In this document: one piece after another, positions 9,335-18,248 of the stretch
How positions within the stretch are numbered: the stretch's first letter is position 1
Layout of the letters: each line of letters opens with the position of its first letter
Assembly: GCA_050633305.1 (NCBI GenBank)
Contig: JBOEGF010000047.1
Location: forward strand, 54,514 to 118,513
Direction: 5' to 3'
Source: Nannocystales bacterium
GTDB taxonomy: Bacteria > Myxococcota_A > Polyangia > Nannocystales > Nannocystaceae
DNA: 64,000 bases
Translations under genes and position numbers: made by a program
The notes under the pieces: generated by a model
Databases searched by the model: none
What the model saw: only the letters and a program-made list of their open reading frames with translations
Told to the model about the DNA's origin: nothing

Positions 9335-11167
9335 CTAACGCATACGTCGCTCGAGACGACGCGCGGTGTCTTCGAGGACCGCCCGGTACGTTGGCGGAAC
9401 CAACTCCACCTGGTGTCGCAGGTACGGCAGCAACTCGGAGTTCGTCAGCTCGCGGAGCGCGTGAAGGGCCAGTTCGGCGAACACCTTGTCGTTCTCGCGC
9501 AAACGGTCACACAAAAACTCCAGCGCGGGCGCGGTGTTGATCTTGCCGATCGCTCGAACGGCAGCCGTGCGCGCTTTCTCGGCATCGGGCAGGTCCCGCA
9601 TGGAGAAGATGCGACGCAAGGGCTCGAACGCATGCGGAAACACGAGCCGGGTGGTCGAAGCGGCAGCCGCCTCTCGAACGTCGGAATCGTCGTCGCGCAA
9701 GGCCTCACCGACCAGCGCGAACGACCGCTTGAAACGCAGGCTGCCCATCGCAGCACCCACGGCCTCCCGGATGTTCGCATCTGGGCTCAGGTAGAGCCGC
9801 TCGAGCGCCGCGATCACGGGATAGGCACGGATCGACTCCAGACGACGAATCACGTCCACCGCGGGGGCATCACCGCCGCGTCGTTCGAGGTCCAACACCA
9901 ACAGCAGCGCGTGTCGCCGCACGAAGTCGGGGAAGCGACGATCCGCCATCACCCCCGCAGCGATCAGCCCGGGGTCGCCCTCGAGTTCCCACTCCGCGAG
10001 GTCCACGTACCAGACCTCCTCGTACTCAGGGAGTTGCTTGAGGAACTCTGGAACGGGCACAGGCCGTGGCGCGTCCTGCTGCTCATTGCCCAGGCGGTCG
10101 ACGAGTCGGCGGTAGCGTTCGCGAACCTTGGTGGGCAACTCCAGCGCCGAGAGTCGCCCGTACACCTCGACCACCTGTCGATACGCCCGAACCGACGCGA
10201 AACCTTCGGACGCGGCCAGGAAAGCGTTCTCGACCATCTGCAGGGGATGCGAGGCCGCTTGCGCCTCGGCGGCCGTCTTCACCCATGCCTCCGCACTGCG
10301 CAGTCGAAGGTCATCCGCATACGGAAGACCCGCGCGGGTGCAGTAGTCGGCCGCCTCCCGCAGAATCCCCGCGGCGGCGTGGTGCTCTCCGGCCCGTCTC
10401 GCCAGGGTCACCAGAGCTTCGTAGAGCCGAAGGGCGTCGAGCTTGAGGCCGTCGTTGCGGAGGATACGGACGCTGTTGAGGTACCCCTCGGCGATGTTCT
10501 CGAACGCTCCGGCTTCGGCCCCGATCCGCGCCAGCAGCTGGTAGCAATCGAAGGCGCGTTCGCGCAGCCCTTCGGTCTCGAACCAGTCGGCGACCTCTTC
10601 GACCGCCGTCGTCGCGTCCGCGAGCGCGCTGCGGGCCCGCTCGTGCTTGAGACGAAGCAAGCACAGGCCGTAGTTGATCTTCGCCAATGCGAGTTCGTAC
10701 TTGCGGTCGCGAAGCTCGTCGGAGGTCATGATGACCTGCCACAACTCCGAAGCGGCCGCGTCGTCCCCGGCTCGTTCGAGGGCAATGGCCTGATGAACCG
10801 GCATTCGGGCAGCGGCGAACCACTGCGCAGCTGCGGCGTGGTGCCCCGCCCGGGCCATGTAGATGCCCTGCAAACGCATCCCCCGAAGCGCCCCCTCATC
10901 CCCCGCCTCGACGTTCGTGACGGCCGCTGAGAACGCCTCGGTCGAGGGGACCTCGGTCGCGCCCAGGTACGCAGTGCAGCCGGCCGCTTCACGCCAATGG
11001 GCAAGCGCGCGGAGGCTCTCCCCCATCGCACGCAGCCATTCTTCGTACTCGAAGTCGATGCGGTCGACGACCTCGACCAAGTGCCGCAGGTGGACGAGCG
11101 CGTCTGCGTGGCGACCCGCCCGGATGTTGGCCTCGGCCCGGACCCACAGCACCGCGGTATCGATCAC
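9335..11167 (-). CDS. All-helical solenoid protein: TPR/SNAP-like N-terminus, HEAT repeats at C-terminus
   Basis: HEAT-like units (ALRDDDSDVREAAA, RTAAVRAIGKI); Ala/aromatic helical repeats; 4-nt overlap with the vWA gene. Confidence 0.7.
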   Translation of the reverse strand: MIDTAVLWVRAEANIRAGRHADALVHLRHLVEVVDRIDFEYEEWLRAMGESLRALAHWREAAGCTAYLGATEVPSTEAFSAAVTNVEAGDEGALRGMRLQGIYMARAGHHAAAAQWFAAARMPVHQAIALERAGDDAAASELWQVIMTSDELRDRKYELALAKINYGLCLLRLKHERARSALADATTAVEEVADWFETEGLRERAFDCYQLLARIGAEAGAFENIAEGYLNSVRILRNDGLKLDALRLYEALVTLARRAGEHHAAAGILREAADYCTRAGLPYADDLRLRSAEAWVKTAAEAQAASHPLQMVENAFLAASEGFASVRAYRQVVEVYGRLSALELPTKVRERYRRLVDRLGNEQQDAPRPVPVPEFLKQLPEYEEVWYVDLAEWELEGDPGLIAAGVMADRRFPDFVRRHALLLVLDLERRGGDAPAVDVIRRLESIRAYPVIAALERLYLSPDANIREAVGAAMGSLRFKRSFALVGEALRDDDSDVREAAAASTTRLVFPHAFEPLRRIFSMRDLPDAEKARTAAVRAIGKINTAPALEFLCDRLRENDKVFAELALHALRELTNSELLPYLRHQVELVPPTYRAVLEDTARRLERRMR

Positions 11168-12642
11168 GAGCGACGACCTCCACCAGGCCGTGTCGAACGC
11201 CTCTTGGCGCGCCCACCATCGAGGTCGCTTTGGACCTCAGCGATGATCTGCCGGGCCTTGTGAGCGCGGCGCCCATGCGAGATGGCGTCGGAATCGATGA
11301 CGTGGACCCTGTGTAGCGAGTCGAGATACGGCAGTTCCAGGGGCCCGCTGGGCAGGATGAACACCCCGTAGACCGGCGCCCGGGTGCTGAGCAGCGCCAG
11401 CTCGTCGGGTGGGAGCTGACACTCGCCGTGCGTGAGCAGGTAGACCAGCGACTGACCTTCCTTGCGCCGCGGCGTCGCGAGTTCGCTGTTGAGTTGCCGG
11501 ATCACGCGGGCGTAGTTGCGACCGCGCTCCGCCCGAAACTGCAGCGCGTACGGGACCTCGGCGCTGCCCGTCCCGCTGACCTTCACCCCTTCGTACAGGC
11601 GTGAGTCAAAGAACCGCAGGCTTACATCCTCACCCAGCATCGCCAGCCGCTTGCACAGCGCCAGTGCAAGCCCCCGAGCGAACACCTCACGAACCCCGCG
11701 CATCGAGGCGGACCCGTCGACCAGCACCTGATGACGGCGCCGCTCGTTGTCCATCTGCTTCTCGTGCGTGAAGTAGAACAGCTCGTTGTCGACCAGCCGT
11801 TGCTCGAACACATCCTCGTCGTAGGCGAGCTGCGTGAGCACCAGGTCATCGAGGTTGCCGCGCCGCTCGATCGACGCGTACCCGTCGATCGAGAAAGACT
11901 GCTGCCCGCCCTCGCGCCGAACCTCGAGGATGCTGGGAAGCAACTCCATCGAGAAGTCGACAACGTCGGCCAAGGACGGCGAGATGATGACGTTGTATAG
12001 GTCGGCCAGATCGATCCCCGGCAACGCATCACCGCCGCGGAACAGCCCCAGCAACCGCAGCGCGTCGAGGTCGACCTGCTCCACCTCGAGGATCGGAAGC
12101 AGCCGATGCGTCGTCATCGTGCCCAGCCAGGCATGAGCCTCGCTCTGGTCGTAGCGGCCCCACGCGGAGGTGGGCTCGACCCGGGCGTACTGCACCACAT
12201 CGACGGGAAGCATCGTCGGTTTGAGCACCCGAAGGTCTTCGGGAAGCTGCGGAATGATGGTGGAGAACACCCGAGCCAGAACCACGCCCACCATCGCGTC
12301 GCGGTGTTTCCATCCTGCTTGGGTCCGCACGAGCTCGGACTCCCCCAGCTCCAGCAACAACCGGCGCCAGGCCTCACAGACCTCCGGGTCCCCCAGTCCG
12401 CGGACCTGTCCAGCGGGTTTTCCCAGACCCGCGATCAAGCACCCAAGGTCGTGCACGACGACCAACGGGACCGCGTAGCCAAGTCGCCCCAGGGCGTTGT
12501 GCCAGGCCACTGCCCGCATGAGCGCGAGGGCACCGGTGCCCTCGAGCTGCGACATGGCCATCGTCCCGACCTGCCGTTCGAATCCGGGGCCGGGTCCAGG
12601 TCCGGAGCCTGTGTCCGGCCCACCAGCGGTGTCGCGCGCCAT
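11164..12642 (-). CDS. vWA-domain protein, partner of the MoxR ATPase
   Basis: MIDAS-like VLVDGSASMRG, LRFFDS and YLLTHG; GYASIERRG...LFYF segment before the vWA core. Confidence 0.8.
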   Translation of the reverse strand: MARDTAGGPDTGSGPGPGPGFERQVGTMAMSQLEGTGALALMRAVAWHNALGRLGYAVPLVVVHDLGCLIAGLGKPAGQVRGLGDPEVCEAWRRLLLELGESELVRTQAGWKHRDAMVGVVLARVFSTIIPQLPEDLRVLKPTMLPVDVVQYARVEPTSAWGRYDQSEAHAWLGTMTTHRLLPILEVEQVDLDALRLLGLFRGGDALPGIDLADLYNVIISPSLADVVDFSMELLPSILEVRREGGQQSFSIDGYASIERRGNLDDLVLTQLAYDEDVFEQRLVDNELFYFTHEKQMDNERRRHQVLVDGSASMRGVREVFARGLALALCKRLAMLGEDVSLRFFDSRLYEGVKVSGTGSAEVPYALQFRAERGRNYARVIRQLNSELATPRRKEGQSLVYLLTHGECQLPPDELALLSTRAPVYGVFILPSGPLELPYLDSLHRVHVIDSDAISHGRRAHKARQIIAEVQSDLDGGRAKRRSTRPGGGRRS

Positions 12643-12669
12643 GAAGGAGCAATCAGAAGGAGAGAACCG

Positions 12670-13902
12670 TTAGACGAAGCGACTGGAGGCGAACATCGTC
12701 TCCAAGAGCTTGTCGACTTCACCGATCATGCGGCCGGCCGTGGGGTTGTCGGGCATGCGGGTGAGCGCAGCTTTGATGTCTCCGAGGTTTCGCAGCTGGC
12801 TGAACAACTGCATGTCCGAGAGCACCTCACTGCTGGTGAGGGTCTCGCGGATGACCTTGAGTTCTTCGAGGAGGTCGCTGAGGTTGGTCGGCGTAGCGCC
12901 GATCCGGGCCTGATCAGGGTGCTGCTCGTACCACTGGTCGAGCACGGGACCGACGATCTCTTGGAGGATTTCCTCCTGCTCGGGCGTGTTCCACACGTGG
13001 CGCAGCACGAAGAAGTCGCTGTCGTTGACCTTTGTTCGACCGTCGAACACGGCCGACGCTGCGAACAGCTTGAGCATCTTGACGATCCGGCGGTCGGACA
13101 GGCCGAGGCCCTCGGAGCGAATCTGAAATGCGAGGCCCTTGAAGGTGGCCAGGAACTCCTCGTTGAACGACAGCAGGTTGCCAAAGTTGCGCTGCAGCGA
13201 GCGGAGTTCGGCCGCCGTGACCACGGGGGTGAGCGCCTTGGAGTCGGGGTCCATGCCCCGTGCCTCCAGCTCGATGCCTTTTTGGAGCAACCCTCGGAAG
13301 TGATACGAGTCGAGGTAGTCGACACGCACCCGCAACAAGAAGCGGTCGAACAATGCGGAGAGCGCATCGTCGGTCGGCACCTCGTTGCTCGCGGCGAACA
13401 TCGAGATCAGCGGCACCCGAATCGACTGGTTGCCATGGGTGAAGCGCCGTCCGTTGAGGACCGTCAACAAGCTGTTGAGAATGGCGCTGTTGGCCTTGAA
13501 AATCTCGTCGAGGAACACGACCTCGGACTCGGGCAGCATCGCCTCGGTCCGACGACGATACGACCCCTGCCGGAACGCCTGAATGTCGACCGGTCCGAAG
13601 ATTTCGTTGGGCTCGGTGAATCGGGTGAGGAGGTAGTCGAAGTACTCCGCCTCGATCACCTGAGCGAAGCCACGGAGCAATGCCGACTTGGCCGTGCCCG
13701 GAGGACCGACCATCACCAGGTGCTCGCCGGCGAGCGCACTGACGAAGAGGAGCCGAATGATCTCCTCCTTGCCCAGAAACTGTTGTTCGAGCTGACGCGC
13801 TCCGTCTTGGAGTCGTCGTGCGAGGTCCGGGATCGAAGGGGGATTCGAGGGCGCGGGCGCGTTGCCGGGCGGCGGCGGCGCGGGTGACGGCTGCGTCATC
13901 AC
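12670..13902 (-). CDS. MoxR/RavA-family AAA+ ATPase
   Basis: Walker A GPPGTAKS; LLTRFTEPNEIFGP; Walker B FLDEIFKANSAILNSLL; ASNE sensor I; ALFDRF Arg finger. Confidence 0.92.
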   Translation of the reverse strand: MMTQPSPAPPPPGNAPAPSNPPSIPDLARRLQDGARQLEQQFLGKEEIIRLLFVSALAGEHLVMVGPPGTAKSALLRGFAQVIEAEYFDYLLTRFTEPNEIFGPVDIQAFRQGSYRRRTEAMLPESEVVFLDEIFKANSAILNSLLTVLNGRRFTHGNQSIRVPLISMFAASNEVPTDDALSALFDRFLLRVRVDYLDSYHFRGLLQKGIELEARGMDPDSKALTPVVTAAELRSLQRNFGNLLSFNEEFLATFKGLAFQIRSEGLGLSDRRIVKMLKLFAASAVFDGRTKVNDSDFFVLRHVWNTPEQEEILQEIVGPVLDQWYEQHPDQARIGATPTNLSDLLEELKVIRETLTSSEVLSDMQLFSQLRNLGDIKAALTRMPDNPTAGRMIGEVDKLLETMFASSRFV

Positions 13903-15071
13903 GCAGGTTTTACGATGGCGGGGACAAGGCCGGCTAGCAGATTCTCGACCGCCGCCTTCGGCACCAGCTCAGCGACGTGATCGAGGTATTCGGTCCACAG
14001 GCGATTGGCTCCCGCCTCGAAGCTCTCCAGTCCCAAACCGGCACCCCGTACCGCCGTGCCGGACAACGGCGATCCTAGCCGCGAACGCAGGGCGGGCAGG
14101 AGCAGCGGTAGGGCCAAGAACGCCAGGACCCCCGGGTCACGGCTGCCCAGCGCCAGTCCCAACCGAGCGTCAAACTCCAGCACTTTGAGGAAGTGAAGGT
14201 GGATCAGCGACCCTACGAGCGCGCTGAGAGACTCGGGGTCCGAGGCGGGTACCGCACCGGGAAGCGCGAGCATGCCTCCGGGGCGTGCGGGCAGAGGCGC
14301 CGTGGGCTTGGGTGCAACCGAGGGAAGCAGCGCCGACATCACCGCCCCACCGACCTGAATCCAGTCTTTTCCTTGCGCCCAACGGTAGACGATCGCCCGG
14401 GCCAAGCCGCGCTCGCGAAGCGCGTCTGTGGCGAGCAAGGGGGACCAGCCCGAGGGTGCTCGGCGCGGCTCGAGTAGACACGTGAGCGGCGAGGCCCGGA
14501 GCGCATCGTCGATCAGACGTCCTGCCTCCGGTGCGTGTGGCAGCGTCAGCCAGGAATGCGTCTCACGCGCCGTCCCCAAGGACGGACCGCCGAAGAATCG
14601 GCGCGGTGGCTCTTGCCCGGCGAACCGATGCTCACCACTGGCGTTGACCAGGACCGTGTCGGTGCGTTGCGACCCGAGGAATGCCCCCACGGTCACGTGC
14701 CGAGCAACGGCAGCACCGACGGAACTCGGAAACGGGAGCGTGAGGAGCGTGCGGGTGGCTCCCTCGACCCGGCGCCAGACGCTTGCGCGACTCCAAACCC
14801 TGGACCGGTCGGGATGATCGAACGCGAACGTGTTGTGCAGCCCCATCCACAACGAGAGTTCTTCGTCATCGGGCTCGGGCAACGCGGGGTGCGGCGTGAG
14901 TTCTTGGGCCCGGCGTAGCCGGAGGTACGCGAGCGCGGACCCAGCCTGGCTCACGTCACCAAGCCACTGGTCGCGCTCCCGCGTTCGCAGCGGTCGGCCC
15001 ACGTGCACCGCGCCTCCGCCGAGCAACGGCAGGATGAAACCACGGAGGAATTGGTCGAACGTTGCCGGCAC
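13899..15071 (-). CDS. Hypothetical protein, coupled to the MoxR gene
   Basis: 390-aa ORF; its TGA overlaps the MoxR start; no recognisable motif. Confidence 0.7.
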   Translation of the reverse strand: MPATFDQFLRGFILPLLGGGAVHVGRPLRTRERDQWLGDVSQAGSALAYLRLRRAQELTPHPALPEPDDEELSLWMGLHNTFAFDHPDRSRVWSRASVWRRVEGATRTLLTLPFPSSVGAAVARHVTVGAFLGSQRTDTVLVNASGEHRFAGQEPPRRFFGGPSLGTARETHSWLTLPHAPEAGRLIDDALRASPLTCLLEPRRAPSGWSPLLATDALRERGLARAIVYRWAQGKDWIQVGGAVMSALLPSVAPKPTAPLPARPGGMLALPGAVPASDPESLSALVGSLIHLHFLKVLEFDARLGLALGSRDPGVLAFLALPLLLPALRSRLGSPLSGTAVRGAGLGLESFEAGANRLWTEYLDHVAELVPKAAVENLLAGLVPAIVKPA

Positions 15072-15080
15072 TGCCGAGTC

Positions 15081-16661
15081 CTACTGTCCGGGTCCTCGCT
15101 CGTCGTCCCGACCCATGACCGGGGCCTGCCCCCCGAATCCCCACAGGGCAAAACGACCGAGCTTCTCGTTGCGGATCGAGCCCGCGGTCAAAGCCGGCGC
15201 CGACGGGTCCACAACCTGAGCATCTTCCAACGTCAAGCGGCCGATCAGAGCCGCGTCCAACGGCAGCAACTGATCCGGCCCGACGCGGATCGGGGCCTTG
15301 TCGGGTCCGAGGAACAACGCGTGGTCCTCAGGCCCCAAGCCAAGAAGCTGCCGGAGCAGCGTTGGGCGGACGCGCGGCCACAGCTCGTACCCCTCGGGCA
15401 GCAAGACACCGGGGGCCGCCTCGCCCAAGCGCTGCCCCAGCGGCACGATGACCCCTGCCCCGATGCCCGCGGCCGAGGCCGCGGTTCGAGGTCCGAGGGA
15501 CGACCCGGTGAGGACGACGACACCTTCGTCCAGCGGGACGACACGTGAGGCGGCGAGGGCACTGGGTGGGATCAGGTAGACGAGATTCCGCAGCAGGGCG
15601 ACCTGCGACCAGGCGATCAGCGTGCCGCGAGGTTCCTTGGGCGCCGTCGTGGCACGCACCTGAAGCTCGACTCGCAACGGGGCCAGTTCGGCATCGCGCA
15701 GCTGCCCGACCTCTCGCAGCTGGTTGACCCCCGTCGATTCGACGAGGTGGCGACCATCGACGAAGCGTGGAGGGCCACCGAGGCGCTCGACCCGACCCAC
15801 GCGCCCCCGGAACAGGAACATCTCCTCCCCGGGAAAACAGCTCTGGGCGGAGGACAGTGAGATCGCGTGTCGGTAGCCGATCTCGACCGCAGCCCGAGAG
15901 CTGACGGGTGCGAACAGATCGATTCCCGGAATGCCCGCGAGCACGTCCAGGGTCCGGGGCTCGGGCTGACGAAGCCGAAGCAACAGGCTGGGCCGTGCGT
16001 CGCTCTCGAGCTGCACGTAGTAGCCGGCCATCGGCACCTCGGACTGCCACAGGTACCGCAGCACCCGCTCGGCGAGCCCGGCGGAGACGAGGACCAGCGC
16101 CATCTCCCGCATGCCGAGCAGCTCCGAGTCGCGGGACACCCCGCCCAACGGCATCGGCATCGGGCGCAGCTGCAAGCGCTGGATCAGCTCGACCGGATCG
16201 ATCCGGTCCAACGTTTGGTACCGCGCCATGTGGGTTGGCTCGACCACGGTCACGTCGTCGCCCGAGGGCACGATCGGCTCCACGACGTCGTAGCCGAACG
16301 GCGCATCGCGCTCTCGCCAGCGAAGGAACACCGAGCCGGCGCCCGAATACAGCTCGCCCCGCGCGGCCATGCACAACCGGGAGATCCGGTCGACAGCATA
16401 GCCATCCCCGGCACCACACCGCATCAGCATCGCGTGTCCGCCACCTTCACGGCGCGCGTGCTCCAACGTCATCGTTGGGATGAGTTCGTCGAGGCTGGCC
16501 TCGTCGCTGTACGCCCCGAGAAAGGAGACCAGCCAGTCGATCGAGCCGAACACCAGGAGGAGTTCCCGACCCACGGCGATTCCGCGGGCGTCGGGCGCCA
16601 GGCCTTGCATTCGGAATCGCGTTTGTCCCGCCGCAACGGGCTCGAGCAGGGCTGAAGCCAC
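15081..16661 (-). CDS. Hypothetical protein, first gene of the MoxR-vWA operon
   Basis: Coding-like from about GTG 16661 (the ORF-track extension to 17222 overlaps the FHA gene); 9-nt gap to the next gene. Confidence 0.7.
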   Translation of the reverse strand: MASALLEPVAAGQTRFRMQGLAPDARGIAVGRELLLVFGSIDWLVSFLGAYSDEASLDELIPTMTLEHARREGGGHAMLMRCGAGDGYAVDRISRLCMAARGELYSGAGSVFLRWRERDAPFGYDVVEPIVPSGDDVTVVEPTHMARYQTLDRIDPVELIQRLQLRPMPMPLGGVSRDSELLGMREMALVLVSAGLAERVLRYLWQSEVPMAGYYVQLESDARPSLLLRLRQPEPRTLDVLAGIPGIDLFAPVSSRAAVEIGYRHAISLSSAQSCFPGEEMFLFRGRVGRVERLGGPPRFVDGRHLVESTGVNQLREVGQLRDAELAPLRVELQVRATTAPKEPRGTLIAWSQVALLRNLVYLIPPSALAASRVVPLDEGVVVLTGSSLGPRTAASAAGIGAGVIVPLGQRLGEAAPGVLLPEGYELWPRVRPTLLRQLLGLGPEDHALFLGPDKAPIRVGPDQLLPLDAALIGRLTLEDAQVVDPSAPALTAGSIRNEKLGRFALWGFGGQAPVMGRDDERGPGQ

Positions 16662-16883
16662 GGCGCAGGATACTAGCAGCCCGAGGTGAAACCCGGCGGG
16701 GCGGATCCCAAAGGATTTTCGAGCCCCGCGGCGAGAGTCGAAACCGCGACGAATGAGGTGTCCTGCGAGGTTTGGGGACGCGCGGAGGCACAAAACGGCA
16801 CGGGCGACCCCCTGCTGTGCTCGCCGAGTCGACCTGCTCGTCCGTCCTCGTTGCCCCCTGCCCGTGTCGGCACGCCGTTGGAC

Positions 16884-16892
16884 TGCTAAGAT
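16884..16892 (+). promoter_or_regulatory. Extended -10 element for the FHA/kinase operon
   Basis: TGcTAAGAT followed by GGAGG at 16900-16904. Confidence 0.4.
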
Positions 16893-16988
16893 CGCATCCG
16901 GAGGCACAGGCCCCTGTCGCGAGGAAACGACCCGCTCACTCACCCGGAAAACGCGCTCGCTCGGCTGGACCCCACCGGTCGTGCGCGG

Positions 16989-18248
16989 TTGTCCCGGAGG
17001 TCGACGCTGCGGCCCGAGGTTCGTGCCGCGCTTGCGCTGGAAGAAGCCGGGGAACTCGAAGAAGCCGCGCGGGTCTTCGAGCACGCAGGCGAGCACGCTC
17101 AAGCGGCGCTGTTGCGGATCGAGCACGCCCGCACCCTCCGCGATCCATCCGACCGGCTCGATGTCCTGCGAGAGGGATGCGCCCGGAACTCGGGCAACAC
17201 ACCGCAGGGCAAGACGCTGCATCTGGCGCTGGCTGAGGTGTTGCTCGACGAGCGTGACGCCGAGACCGACGCCTCCCGAATCCGCTCGCTTGAACTCGAA
17301 GCTGCGCGCGCCCTCGAGGAAGCCGGAGAGTTCGCGCGCGCCGGCGAGAGCTACGAAGCGCTCGGCTTACTGCGCAAAGCCGCCCGCGCCTACGAACGCG
17401 GCGGCGAGATCGCCAAGCTCGAACTGGTGCTGGCCGTGCTCGAACGCATCGATGACAGCCGAAAGCGCGAACGCGACCTGCTGCGCGAGTTCGACGACGC
17501 CGTCGCTGCTGGCCAACGACGCTTGGCCCAGGAGCTGCTCGCCGAACACGACACCCCGACCCTGCCCGTCCTCGCCTCCGAAGCGCATCGGACCGCCGCC
17601 GCGGGGCTGCCCCCGGCACTGCTCGAGCGACGCCAGTGGCTGCAGGGCCGGGTGCTCGACCGAGACCGGGTCGACCTCGCGTGGGGGAAGGACCGCTTGA
17701 CCTCCGTCCGGATGAGTCGCCATCTCGAGATCGGCCGCTCCCCGAGTGCCGACATCACCCTGCCCGCCCCCCGACTCTCGAGAGAACACGTTCGGCTGTC
17801 CTTGGAGACGCTGGAGGGCCGAACCCGGCTTGCTGCGACCGACCTCGGCTCAAAGGTCGGCACTTTCTGGGAGGGCGAAGCGCTCGTCCCGGGCGAACCC
17901 ACCCCCTTGGAAGAACCCGGGGCGCTGGCCCTGGGCATGACCTCCGAGCTCGAAGTCGTCCCGGTCGAGGGTAACGCAGGCGCGGTGCACGGAGCGTTGG
18001 TCCGCGCCGCCCCTGACGAAGCGTGGATGCTCTTCCTCCCCAATGGCGGGCCGCTGTGGCTCGCACCGGACATCAAGGTGCCCGCCCGGGTGTTGTTCGA
18101 CCGCGGCCTGGTCACCTTCGACCTCGCCACCGGCGTGGGCGCGACCCTGGGCGACCGTCCGTTGGGCGCGGGCGCGAACATCGAGTTCATCTTGGGCGAC
18201 CGCTTGTGCTTGGTGGGCGCCCCGCTGTGCCTCGAGGTGCTTGGATGA
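16989..18248 (+). CDS. TPR-like repeat protein with FHA domain
   Basis: Helical repeats (ARAGESYEALG, ARAYERGG); FHA motifs IGRS...LSREH...DLGSKVGTF; start uncertain (TTG 16989 or CTG 16914). Confidence 0.8.
   Translation: MSRRSTLRPEVRAALALEEAGELEEAARVFEHAGEHAQAALLRIEHARTLRDPSDRLDVLREGCARNSGNTPQGKTLHLALAEVLLDERDAETDASRIRSLELEAARALEEAGEFARAGESYEALGLLRKAARAYERGGEIAKLELVLAVLERIDDSRKRERDLLREFDDAVAAGQRRLAQELLAEHDTPTLPVLASEAHRTAAAGLPPALLERRQWLQGRVLDRDRVDLAWGKDRLTSVRMSRHLEIGRSPSADITLPAPRLSREHVRLSLETLEGRTRLAATDLGSKVGTFWEGEALVPGEPTPLEEPGALALGMTSELEVVPVEGNAGAVHGALVRAAPDEAWMLFLPNGGPLWLAPDIKVPARVLFDRGLVTFDLATGVGATLGDRPLGAGANIEFILGDRLCLVGAPLCLEVLG

Noticed and set aside
16662..17222. N-terminal extension of ORF 15081-17222 (likewise the extensions on hslV, purN, ompA, gdh and the ECF gene)
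   Set aside because: They overlap divergent genes or promoters and have non-coding-like composition; downstream starts fit better
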